Assembly (NCBI GenBank): GCA_964019335.1
Contig: OZ025691.1
Span: forward strand, 310,001 to 374,000
Direction: 5' to 3'
Source: Diplonema japonicum
Lineage: Eukaryota > Protista > Euglenozoa: Diplonemea
DNA length: 64,000 nt
The notes under the pieces are model-generated. The model was given only the letters and a program-made list of their open reading frames with translations. It did not search any database and was not told where the DNA came from. Shown one piece after another: positions 1 through 11,081 of this stretch. Every line of letters begins with the position of its first letter. Positions within the stretch are counted from its first letter, which is position 1. The translations under genes and the position numbers were made by a program.

Positions 1-2579
1 AAGAAGAATTCTCTCGTTACTCCGGGTACTGGTGGGCCCCGCCTGTTGTCAATTCGGACTCCGACATTATCCACAGAATTCTCTACCTTTCCACCGATGA
101 AACGCACACCGATCGTGTTGAGATTCCTTCGCTTGACCCCACGAAACAGACCTGTGAAAGCTTCTCCATACCCCACCCTGGTCGGCCAAACCCCGTCGTT
201 ACCGTGTGCATGCTATCTTTTCCCGAAGCGGACCTCAGTGATGTTACATATTACCACGTGCCGTTGGAGACGCTGCAAGGAAATATTCCGTGGTTGGAGT
301 ACATCAGTAAAGCAGGCTGGACGCCGGGAGGTGATGTTTATCTGGAGGTTCTGGACAGAATGCAAGAGCGAGTTGCGTTGCTCGTGGTGCCTATAAGAAA
401 TTTTGAGAAAGTTGATGAGGAAAAAAGCGCGTATGCCAGGTCCGTAGCACCGGGGGAGAATTATGCTGCACCGTCGAAGTCGTTGCATTTACCGGCGTTG
501 GGTGTTGAAGCCGTCCCGCAGGCGGTGCCGGACGACAGTAGTGGTAACAAGTTGATTAGCTTTGATGGTGATATGTCTGAGCAGCAGCAACAACAACAAC
601 AACAACAACAGCAGCAACATCACCCCCCTGAGGGTTTTCCTGTTCCTGGGCAGCCGGTTTATTTGCATCATCATCACCATCATCACCATATGCATTTCCA
701 TCACCACTTTCACCACCATATACCCTTCCATTATCCTCCACCGCCTTACCCCTACCCGCCTCCTTATGATGTGCCTCCTGTTATTCTCGGGCCGCCGCCC
801 CCGCCGCCGGGGTTTCCGTATCCCGACCCTTCGCAGTTCTATCACCACCACCACCACCACCATATTATGCAGTCGCATCACCACCATCACCATCACCACC
901 ACCACCACCATCATCACCAGCATCATCATCATCATCACCACCTTATGGACCCTATGCATATCCCGCAAGGCATCCCACTGCAACAGCCTCCTATGGTCAA
1001 CGATGATGTTGAGAAGAACAAAGAGGTATTTTGAGAAATAAATGAAAAAAAAGTTTTTTTTTTTTTTTTTTTTCCAGCCGCAAGGAACCGCGACAGGGTA
1101 CAGCGCCCGGCCGGTTCCGGGTTGCGGGTTGGTGGAGAGCAAGGCGTTTCCTTATCAGGTATTTCGAAAAAAAAAAAAGAAAAAAAAAAAAAAAAAGGTG
1201 ATACGAGAAGACGTCTTCCCCGACGGGTGGGTCAACGTGTCGGAGATTCTGTATTTTTTCAAAGACGGCTCGAAGCGGGTACTGTTCGAATCCGAGGCGA
1301 GCGGGCGGGGCGGCTACCGGCATCTGTTCCTGTACCACCCGACACGGGAAGGCGGCGCCCTGCAAATCACAACAGGCGAGTGGCAAGTCGACAAAAGAGG
1401 TCTTTGGATCGACGAAGCAGGAGGCCGGGTGTACTTCTCCGCAACAGTCGACGGCTGGACCGAACAACACCTCTACTCCGCCCCCGTTCCATCCGTCTCG
1501 GAAATGTCATCCTACCGACCGTGCCGGGCCCCAAAACGGCTTTCCGGCGCGGGTATGACCCATTCCTCATTGTCTATATCAGGAGACTGCGCTTTTTTCG
1601 CATCGTGTCATTCTTCTCTGAAATCGCCACCTGGGTTGACAGTAAGCACATTAAAGGCACAGCATACAGTATCGCTGTCCGTGTCCTTGCGGTTTCCGTT
1701 GTATTCAAACTTCAGACAGCTCACGACACCGAAGCTTCTGTACGTTAAGAACCGTTCGGGTGTTGGTTTGCAAACTGCATTCTACCCACCGTCGCAGCCG
1801 GACTGGGCGTCGAAAGGGAAAGCAACGACACCTTTAGTCGTTCTGGTGTATGGCGGGACAGAGGTCCAGCAGGTCATCAATGACTATCGTTTAGTGTGCC
1901 AACCAAGGCTTCAAATGCTGTGCAGGTACGGGTATGCCTGCGCGATAATCGACAACCAGGGCAGCAGCCGCAGGGGGAACTGTTTCGAGGCTTCTGTCAA
2001 GCACAAGCTGGGCCAGCTAGAAGTTCAAGATCAAGTTGAAGCCATTGAAGAACTTGGGAAAATCTACCCTGCATTGGATTTATCTCGGATAGCGGTGTAC
2101 GGGTGGAGTTATGGCGGGTACCTAGCATTGATGTGCCTGGGGACCCGCCCTGATTTTTTCAAAATGGCGCTTGCCGGTGCGCCTGTAATCGATTGGTCTT
2201 TGTACAACTGTGCTTATACAGAACGTTACCTTGGCACCCCGGACCACAACCCCCAAGGGTACCAGAAGGGTAAGATCACCGAGTATGTGTCGAATTTCCC
2301 TGGGGAACGGGATCGTCTTGTGCTCTTCCACGGTTTGAGTGATGAAAATGTGCATACCGCTCACACCTTTGCATTGATACAAAGCCTTATAAGGGCGGCA
2401 AAGCCTTATAAACTGCAAATTTACCCCGGGGAGAGGCATGGGCTGAAGAACACCGACGTGTCTTTCCATCATGAAAGGGTATGCTTTAATAATAATATAA
2501 AAAAAAAAAAAGAAAAAAAAAAATCAATTTTTTTATTCTTTCACAGGAGTGGTTCGAGTCGATATTCAACTGTCTTTAG
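1..2579 (+). CDS. Dipeptidyl peptidase IV family (DPP8/DPP9-like, peptidase S9B), 5'-truncated by the window; exons <1-1025, 1078-1158, 1198-2478, 2547-2579
   Basis: Frame from nt 3 reads EEFSRYSGYWWAP (DPP8/9 EEF..GYWW). Also GEWQV, the nucleophile motif GWSYGG, YTERYLGTP, HGLSDENVH and YPGERHG. GT-AG introns 1026-1077, 1159-1197 and 2479-2546 join the ORFs in frame. Confidence 0.92.
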
Positions 2580-3728
2580 TGTGAGGATGGATGGGGGGAG
2601 ATTCTTTGGGGAAAAAAAGAAAAAAAAGTGTTTTTTTTTTTCTCGTCGATATAAGAAAGGGGGGGGGGGGGGGGGGGAAATGGGGAAAGAAGAGAAACAA
2701 AAACAAAAAGAAAAAAAAAAAGCAGGCGATAAAGAAAGGAAGAGATGAAGAAAAAAAAAAAGAAAATAAACTTTTTGGTTTGGTTGCTCAAAACACACCT
2801 CCTTTTTTTTTTCCATAAAGGTTTCTTTTCCTCTTTTCTCTTTTTTTTTTTAAAAAATGTCTCGCTTTGTGGGAAGATTTTTCTTTTTAGACAAAAAGGG
2901 AACAGGAAAACCACACACACACACACTTGAACAAAGAAGAAGAAAAAGTAAAAGGGGATACTCGGGGCGGGTTTTTTTTTTTAATTTTTCATGCATGTAT
3001 TGTTCACGGAAAGAGAAAAAAAAAAATAATGAGAATGACGCGGACCAGACAAAAAAGAATTACACCGAATTTGAATCTTATTTGAAATTAGCCTGATTCA
3101 TGTGAATAAAAAGGAAGCAAAAATGTGTCTCAGTAAGAAGCAACCAGTACAACGGAGAAAAAAAAAAAGAGAAAAAAAAAAAAAAAAAAGAGAAAATGAA
3201 AGGGGGGAGCATCCGTGTAAATTACTGGCGTGGCGTTATTGTGATTTCCACCCCCTTTTTTTTTCCCTGGGGGGGGGGTAGTCATGTTGGATAACTTGTT
3301 TTTTTTTCTTTTTATATTTCCCCATTTTCTTCTTCTTTTTTTTCTCTCTTGATGTTTAAGGGGGACTACCCTTAGGGAGGGTCTATCTTCGCAGACGGTT
3401 GATGTGGCGAAGATCGGTCTCCTTGCAAAGCGTCATGAGGGACTTCACTCTCGTTTTGCTCCTCGTCGGGACAGGCTTCTTCCTTCCTTGAGGTATGCAC
3501 CGTCTGCGTAGGCGACGACGTCCACCCCCACTGCCTCCAGGTCCGGGTCGGTGGTTTAGGGGCGCAGTCCCCTCCCCTTGATCTGCTCTGGCGATTGTCC
3601 TGTTCTTTCAGTGTCCACGGCACATGCCCCCTTGTCCGGCTTTCCTCTGATCACTTCTTTCAGGGGTCGGCGTCTATTGCCTGTCTGCGTCTTGGAGTGC
3701 CTTCAGCGCGTTTTTTTATTTTTATTTT

Positions 3729-3941
3729 AAATCTCCTTCCACGAGTGGGGTGTACTCTGTCTCGTTTCGCCTCAGCTCCTCAGCACCATGCTCTGCACCT
3801 GCAGTTCAAACTTCTGTTGGACTTCAGTGCCCCCTTGTCGAAGGGCTCTTCCCGGCTGTGGGTGACACAGAAGTCGCTAAAATCTCCTACCACGAGTGGG
3901 GTGTACTCTGTTTCGCCTCAGCTCCTCAGCACCATGCACCT
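3729..3941. repeat. Imperfect ~60-nt direct repeat (3729-3791 and 3880-3941)
   Basis: AAATCTCCT(T/A)CCACGAGTGGGGTGTACTCTGT..TTCGCCTCAGCTCCTCAGCACCATGC occurs twice. Confidence 0.85.
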
Positions 3942-3981
3942 CTGTTTTCTTCATCTGTAACTTCCTTGCTAGCACGCCGCA

Positions 3982-4016
<35 letters not shown>

Positions 4017-4042
4017 GGGGAAAAAAAAATGACGAGCAGCAA

Positions 4043-6658
4043 ATGTCTCTAACCAAGCTAACAAGCAGCATAGCGACTCCCCGTGATGCTGTTCGTACGC
4101 TGCAGCTTTACGGGAAAGGCAATGGCGGTAAAAATCGACTGTGCAACGACATCAAGAAGAGGATCAAGAGGATACCAAAAGACTGCTGGAGGGCTGCAGA
4201 CATAGCCCCTGTGTACCAAGCATTACAGCAGCACGGCAGCAATACGTGGTTGGATGAGATTGCCTTGGGGAAAGCAAACGTGCTGCGCAAACCAGATATT
4301 TTAAAACTTCTTGCAATGACGCGTTCTGCCCCTTTAGTAACGGCGCTCACAAACGCTCTCGCAGAGAAGTCCAAAGTATCTCCCGAAGAATATCTTCATA
4401 TTCTGTCGTGCACCAACGCAGACTTCTTCCCACATAATTTTAACGTCGGTCTTTCTGAGGCTTTGTGTGGTTGGAACGGGATAAAGCAGTATGGAAAACA
4501 ACTGTTCCCCAACCCCGAAAGCACCAAGTTGCCGCGCTTCCTCCGGAGTTTTGTCATATCACGATGTAATGATCTCCAGCACCCTTTAGACATCCTTGTC
4601 GTCCTCAAATCAAATCTGGACCTCCCGCGGAACCCTCTGGTCAGTTTGTACAAAACCTTGATGAAAAAAGTGAACAAAACAAACGCGCCCATCATCTTCA
4701 TGGGGATATCTTCGTTACATGACACGCAGGCGCAGGTGTGCATGAGATCCATTCTGGAGACGCATTGCATAGACCCGGTGAAGATTCCCATGCCAAGGGC
4801 AGCTCTTATGATGCAGATCTGCGAGGCGCGGGGTGTTTTTAACGAGTTTTTTGTGTCGAACATTGTACGCCGAGAAGATGGGAACACATATGATAGGCTA
4901 CGGGTGATCTCGCACGCTGCCGTGATGGGATACACAGAGGCGTTGAGGCACTTAAAGGCGGAAATGAAAAGAGCATACGAACCGGAGTCCGTTTTGAAAC
5001 TAGCAAGGGTGTGCAACAACGAGTGCATTGTGTACCCAGCAGCGCTGTGCAGGATTTTACGGCATTACCTTGACGCTGCCAAGTCGGGGTTCACGGTTTC
5101 CGCTGCGTTGTTGCTGGTGTGCGACACTGCGAGGTTGTCTGCTGTCAGAGACCTCCCGTTACTCTACGCGTATAGGATGAAATCCATCGTCACGCTTGAG
5201 CCCAGCAATCTCTCCGCATACTGTAGCGTGCTCGCACAAACGAAGGCGTATTGCGATTTTAAATCAAAAGAGGACAGCATCGTCGCTGTTCTTCGCAGTC
5301 TCCCCAATTCCTGCACCGAAGTCGATCTTGTGCAGCTGATCGAAGACGTGCACACCCTTGGCGGGTCTGAACGTGTGCTCCGAGAGGTGTACAAACGCTT
5401 GAACGAAAAGAACGCGCTGAAGACAGTCGGGACCGCCGATATGATAACCCGCATACCCGTCATGATGTCCCGTACAAAATGCTGGGACGAAGCACTTCTG
5501 GAAAGGGTGGTGCCGCGTGTCGTGAACCGTCTAGACGAGGTGGGCATCCGTCGAGTGCGTGACGTCGTGGTTGCCTACGCAGTTGCTTTGCACAGGTCCA
5601 GAGAGTTGTACGACGCAGCGGCAGATCGCGTTACCCGCGAGGAGAGTCTTGAAGCGGAGGTGGGGTGCCGTTTCTTATGGGCCTTCACCAGGCAAAAGGA
5701 AACGGCTTCAAGACGTGTCATGAACACCGTGGCCTCCCATATGGCGAGCCAAGCCTCGAGCCTCTCTGGGGTTGATTTAACGCACCTCGCCTGGGCCGTC
5801 GTTTCTCTCTCTCTGTCATCGTCGCACATTAGTGATGTCTGTGAATATTACCTCGCGAGGCCCGACCGTCTCGAGACCTTCTACTTCACGAAGGGCTTTG
5901 AGTTTTCGAAGCTGCTGCAAAGCCTAGCCAGGTCCCGAGCGTCGGGCGCTGCGTTGTCTCTCCAGCTCATGGACATCCCCAGGTACTACGACCTCCCACA
6001 CACACCGTCTTCGGTGGCGTCGATTTTCATGTCCGTTTTATTAACTGGTTCCAACATGACGCACCTTCATGCCCGCCTGCTGGGGGTTTTCAAGGATGCG
6101 GGCCTTGCTGGGTTGTGGCCGGGCGATGCGTGTGCCTTGCTGCGGTGTCTTGCTGAGCGTGGGCAGGCCGTGGACTATTCCACCGTGGTTAAGGTAGTCG
6201 AGAAGGTCCTCGACCACTTCTCCCAGCGACTGGAAGCCTGGTCCCTCGAACCAGTAAACGCCCTCATGATGTTCGAGTCCTGCGTGAAGCTGCAGGTACG
6301 TGCTGCAGGGTTCTTCAACACCATCGGGCGTACCCTTGCCGACAAGGGGTCCGTGCACAACATGACACCAATGGAAGCATCAGGCCTTCTTGTCGCGTAC
6401 TCTAAAGTATCCCTCTCTGTGCCCCGCCTCCATGCACAGCTTCTAAAAAGGCTATCCAGGTCAACCCTGCCGTGGCCTTTACTCGCGGAGACCGCCTGGG
6501 CAGCCTCGTTTACCCATTCAGTCACACCGCAAGCAAGTGAGTTCTGGTCGTCGATCAGAGAAGCGCTTAAATCAAAGGAGATACCGCCCGAGGACAGGGC
6601 ACGTATAGATAGTGCCCTTGGTAAGGTAAAGGAAGACGCTGGGTGGTCGCGGTTGTGA
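4043..6658 (+). CDS. Large alpha-helical repeat protein, possibly a RESC/FAST-like organellar RNA-binding protein
   Basis: Intronless 871-aa ORF from the first in-frame ATG, with repeated helical motifs (FLWAFTRQ, LAWAVVSL, MTPMEASGLLVAYSKV). The family assignment is by resemblance only. Confidence 0.6.
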   Translation: MSLTKLTSSIATPRDAVRTLQLYGKGNGGKNRLCNDIKKRIKRIPKDCWRAADIAPVYQALQQHGSNTWLDEIALGKANVLRKPDILKLLAMTRSAPLVTALTNALAEKSKVSPEEYLHILSCTNADFFPHNFNVGLSEALCGWNGIKQYGKQLFPNPESTKLPRFLRSFVISRCNDLQHPLDILVVLKSNLDLPRNPLVSLYKTLMKKVNKTNAPIIFMGISSLHDTQAQVCMRSILETHCIDPVKIPMPRAALMMQICEARGVFNEFFVSNIVRREDGNTYDRLRVISHAAVMGYTEALRHLKAEMKRAYEPESVLKLARVCNNECIVYPAALCRILRHYLDAAKSGFTVSAALLLVCDTARLSAVRDLPLLYAYRMKSIVTLEPSNLSAYCSVLAQTKAYCDFKSKEDSIVAVLRSLPNSCTEVDLVQLIEDVHTLGGSERVLREVYKRLNEKNALKTVGTADMITRIPVMMSRTKCWDEALLERVVPRVVNRLDEVGIRRVRDVVVAYAVALHRSRELYDAAADRVTREESLEAEVGCRFLWAFTRQKETASRRVMNTVASHMASQASSLSGVDLTHLAWAVVSLSLSSSHISDVCEYYLARPDRLETFYFTKGFEFSKLLQSLARSRASGAALSLQLMDIPRYYDLPHTPSSVASIFMSVLLTGSNMTHLHARLLGVFKDAGLAGLWPGDACALLRCLAERGQAVDYSTVVKVVEKVLDHFSQRLEAWSLEPVNALMMFESCVKLQVRAAGFFNTIGRTLADKGSVHNMTPMEASGLLVAYSKVSLSVPRLHAQLLKRLSRSTLPWPLLAETAWAASFTHSVTPQASEFWSSIREALKSKEIPPEDRARIDSALGKVKEDAGWSRL

Positions 6659-6686
6659 GTTTTCTACTCCTCACCTTTTTTCTTTC

Positions 6687-6723
6687 CAGTGAGCACCCCC
6701 ACGCACACTGAAATTTTATCGAG
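6687..6723. repeat. 37-nt dispersed hairpin repeat, copy 1
   Basis: CAGTGAGCACCCCCACGCACACTGAAATTTTATCGAG; one mismatch to 27575-27611. Confidence 0.9.
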
Positions 6724-6857
6724 TTTCTTTTTTTTTTTTTTTTTTTTTTTTTTTTCATTTCTTCCTCTCGCCTTATAATGCCCTTTTAAGTAGGAGGCCC
6801 CGAGTGGGCATACACAACAACGAGAGAAACAAAAAAAAAAAAAAAAAAAAAAAAAAA

Positions 6858-7929
6858 ATGTATTGGCAAGATATCCAGAACGGCTCGCTCCCCGACAGGA
6901 GGAAGCGAAGGAGCATACCTGAGGCGTACAACACAGGGAGGAGGAGCTCCATGACATCGCGGTCGTCGAGGGGCTCGAGAGGCAGCGAGTACGAGCTGGC
7001 ATCGAGGTCAAGGTCACGGGTATGCCATCCTTGTTTCCTTGTCCAAAAATAAAAAAAAATATAAAAAAGTCGAAATCACGGGAAAGGTCATGGGACAGGG
7101 ACAGGGATAGAGACTCCACAGCGAGCAGCTCAAGGCTTGCGGAGATCTTGAACAAGAGGGACCGTTTGGTGGACACTCGTCCTACAAAAACGTATTCAAG
7201 GAATATCAGTGACGTGGTATGTCATGACGAAGAACCACAACATGCACACGAACACCACAGAGATCAGCTACGAGCACGTATAGCTCGCGGCCATATACGT
7301 ACAGCAGGAGGGAAAGAGAACATGAACAAAGTAGAGCCAGCGTGCGGTCATCGACTGCGAGCACTTCAAAAAGCATTGAAGAACTGCTGCTTGAGCTGAA
7401 AGAGGAAAAACTGCATAACAGCAAACTCCAAAGGGGGCTAACCTCCGCGAGGACCAAGACCCCGGTCCAGCTGTCTGCAAGGGAGAGCATTGTATCTGGC
7501 TCCTCGTTGACCCGCAGCATGACGGAGGACACATCGCCTATGGCATATGTCGAGCGGCCCGGCCTATCGCACGAAGAGTACGCGAGGCTTAACAGGCGGA
7601 ACAAAGAATGGCAAGAAGTCCTTCGGAAACGAGCGGAAGCGCAAGCTATTGAAACATCGTCCTCCAGGGAGGAACAACCCGCATCGCCTCCACAGCCCCA
7701 CCCCCAAGCCGAGCCGGAACCCTTAGAAACAGCCCCGCAGCCGTTCCTCGCAAGAAGGTTCGAGAGCACGGCCTCGCCCCCTGACCAGGATATCATCAGC
7801 CTGAAGGACATTCCTATAGCAGATGTTGAGGTATGTTTATAGTAGTGCCACATTTTTTTACATTAGCAGATATCGCGTACAAGCACCTCACCGACAGTTA
7901 TTGCAGACAGCATGTGGAAGGTATGACGG

Positions 7930-7973
<44 letters not shown>

Positions 7974-8644
7974 AGATAAACGTGACGAAAAAAGACGGCA
8001 GTTGTGTAGTGGTGCACGCACACTCGACTGACAGCTTCGGGGATGTGAAGAAAACAATAGAAGCGAAGACTGGGGTTGCATCTTGCGACATGGTTTTGTA
8101 TGCAGGAGCGCAGGTGCTGCTGGATCTGTACCTGCTGTCTGACATGGACCCCTCAAGCGGGTACTTCCAGTTCCCCCCTGCAGTCGAACATACAACGTTG
8201 AGCATCAAGATGGATTATGAGAATTCGAACCTGGCCTCCCCGCGGTCTTTGAACTTCACCATGCCGCAAGGCAATGAGAACGACCATGATCTGGACGCGG
8301 ACCTCTTGGACAGGAATGTCAAGCGATTCACAACCGAGATCGAGAAGCTGGACATGGGGGCATCCGAAAACATCTCCCTAGAAGGGAAGCAGAAGGTACA
8401 CGGTTTTTCTTTATTACACCCCTGCACACAGGACGGCGATGACATAGAGACCGACACAGACGACGACAAGAGCACAGACCCACTAAGCAAGTATGGCAGC
8501 ATGTGCAGCGTGCCCGATGTCTTATTAACCGTTCCTGTTGCAAAGGAATGGCATGGAACAGTTCAAACAGAGAAAGGCGAAGTGGCAGTGAGGTGGAGCA
8601 ACGTAGTCAAAGCACCATGTTTAGGCGCGAATTGCTACACCGGT

Positions 8645-8675
<31 letters not shown>

Positions 8676-9355
8676 GCGTACAAGAAGTGATGTCAAAGGG
8701 TTTCCTGAAAAAACAACACCACCCCGCGGAAATGTTCTTCCTGGACATCTCTCAAAAATCCGCACTAGGGTACAGCGTGAGGCAGCGATCGGGAACAGGG
8801 CCCATGGCGAAGATGCTGGCGGATTACGAGTTCAAAAAAATGACCGGAACAATGAAGTGGGGCACCTTAGAGGGCCCCTTCTCCATGGCCGAGGGCGACA
8901 TAGATCTGACGTTGGTGAGGTACAAGGAGAAACTACGAACGGGATTCATCACGGCGGTGCTAACCATTCTTGTTTTGTGGGTCTCGTTCGACTGCTTCGA
9001 CATGGATCTGTTCTCCGACGGGCCTTTTGAAAGCGGGAGTCTCGAGGAGGCCTTTAACTCCGTAGATCCTGACGAAGCACCGTCAGCTTCAATAATTAGT
9101 GCGGTGGTTTCCTTTACTCTGGTTCCTTTGATGGAATTCTGGCCGTATATTGTTGGGGGGTTGTGCGGGCTTGGTGGAGTTTTATTTACCGTCTCCCGGC
9201 CGGACATCGCGAAGAAGATATTGTCAAAGGTTTTCGGCGGGCTTCTTCTGGGCATTATACAGCGGTTAGCCACGGCGCTGCGCTACGCTCTTGGGCACAC
9301 GGCGAAACGCGTTGCTGCGTTGCTTTTACCGCCGGAGGAGGCTAAGAAAAAATAA
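6858..9355 (+). CDS. Hypothetical protein: Ser/Arg-rich N-terminus, ubiquitin-like domain, C-terminal transmembrane segments; exons 6858-7019, 7070-7216, 7261-7830, 7867(or 7870)-7920, 7976-8642, 8676-9355
   Basis: Five GT-AG introns join the ORF pieces in frame. The spliced segment MWKINVTKKDG..DVKKTIEAKTGV..MVLYAGAQVL resembles a ubiquitin fold. Confidence 0.7.
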
Positions 9356-10765
9356 ATTTAAAAAAAAAAAAAAAAGAAAGAAAAAAAAAAAGTTTTTTTT
9401 TTTTTTTTATGGTAAGTGTGTGCTTCTTCCATTTTCCCTTTCCCTCCCAGGGATCTTTTTTTTTTTTTCCGGAAAAAAAAAAAAAAATCGATGGTTTATA
9501 CCTGCATCGCTTTTTTTGTTTTTGTTTGTTTTTTTTCTAGGGAAGATACGGCTGACGTACGAAAGCGTGCAAACCGGCTAGCTAGAGTACTGACAAAACT
9601 GTCAGAGGTGGCCGAAAAGAAAGCACGATCCCCTCCTATCCCCGGGAAAGGAGGGGATTGTGCAGGGTATTCCTGCAGACCTACATTCGCATCGTACGAC
9701 AAGGTGCGCTTCATCCTCGAACAGCGACCCGCAACTGGTTCACCGGGGAGAGACGACTGGAACAACAAGTTCGTGCTGACCTACCTGGACCTAGCAACGC
9801 AGAAGGGTAACAACAAAAGATAGACCCTCCACCACGCTGCACACTTAACGCCAAATAGTGTTGCAACCAAAGCCCCATTTTTTTTTTTTTTTTTATGAGG
9901 GGAACAGGGTTTCTTCGTGCACAAACCACCAGGTTCTGGTGAGGGATCATCAAGATAAGGCTGCAGGGACAGGGGGGGAAGGAGTATAAATAGTCATTTC
10001 ACCTAGGTGGGGTTCTTTTTCCCCCTCTTTTTCCTCTCCTCCTTCGTACGTCCGTATCTCTGTTTCACAGAAAGAAAGAAAAAAAAAAAAAAATGGGGAA
10101 ACAAAAAAAGAAATAAAGAGGGGGGAAAGTGCATAGATATAAATCGGTTTCCTCTGTGGGTTGCTACTTTGTCTAGCAATTCTTCCCTATATCCATCTGA
10201 TAGCTGATTTTGAATGTTCTTTTTATTATTATTATTATTGGTTCAAACAAATAAACAAGGGGATGGACGGGGGCCAGTTTTTTTTTTTTCTTCTTTTTTT
10301 TTTTCCCTTCTTTTTTTTTTTGATCATTGATTATGCTCATTTTTCAACATAAAAAAAACTGGAAAAGGGTGACAAATCGAAAAGAGGGATTTGGCCTCAT
10401 TAAGGTAACCCTTTTCGATTTTCTGCTCCAAGAACGGGTTTTCTTTGACTTCTCCAAAAAAGAAAAAAAAAGAAGAAAAGAAAAAAAAAAAAAAAATAGG
10501 AGGGGAGAAGATATCGCTACCTTGTTTGTCTCTAAAAATAAAATGAAAAAAAAAAAAAACCACAATGAAAAAAAAAAAAAAAAAGAAAAAAGAGAAGAAA
10601 AGCAAAGTTCTGTGCTATCCCCTATCCCCCTCCCAAAAAAAAGAAAAAGATTCTCTCTCCGCCCCCCTACCCTTTGTACTGCTATATTTATTTACTTTAC
10701 AACACCACCCATCCCGTGATCATCAACTGAAACACATTAATTGAAAGGAAAGGGGTAAAGCCAAT

Positions 10766-11033
10766 ATGGGTGAGGTAGGACAAGAGGCGAAATGGACTTG
10801 GGCACAATTCCCTGCAACGCGACTGGAAGTATGGCAAACCACTAACAATGAAAGGGGGGGAAAAAAATTACCTTACAGGCAGCGCGCATGGTAATCCCCC
10901 TAGCATGCTCGTACCCACCTCTTGAGCCCCTGAAGATGGCCCCTTTGGAGTTCGAGCCGCAACAGTGCCGCACGTGCCAGGCAGCTCTGAACCCCTATTG
11001 CCAGTGCGACTTTAGATCTCTCACATGGGTACC

Positions 11034-11081
<48 letters not shown>

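Noticed and set aside
9409-9823. Possible small gene (ATG-GTAAGT intron to 9540, then the EDTADVRKRANRL... frame)
   Set aside because: The obvious splice gives an early stop and there is no homology cue. It may be a fragment, but I could not build a model.
10000-10720. Many poly-Phe/poly-Lys ORFs here and in other spacers (e.g. 2541-3096, 13288-13900, 42092-44800)
   Set aside because: They are translations of A/T homopolymer spacers with no coding signal.
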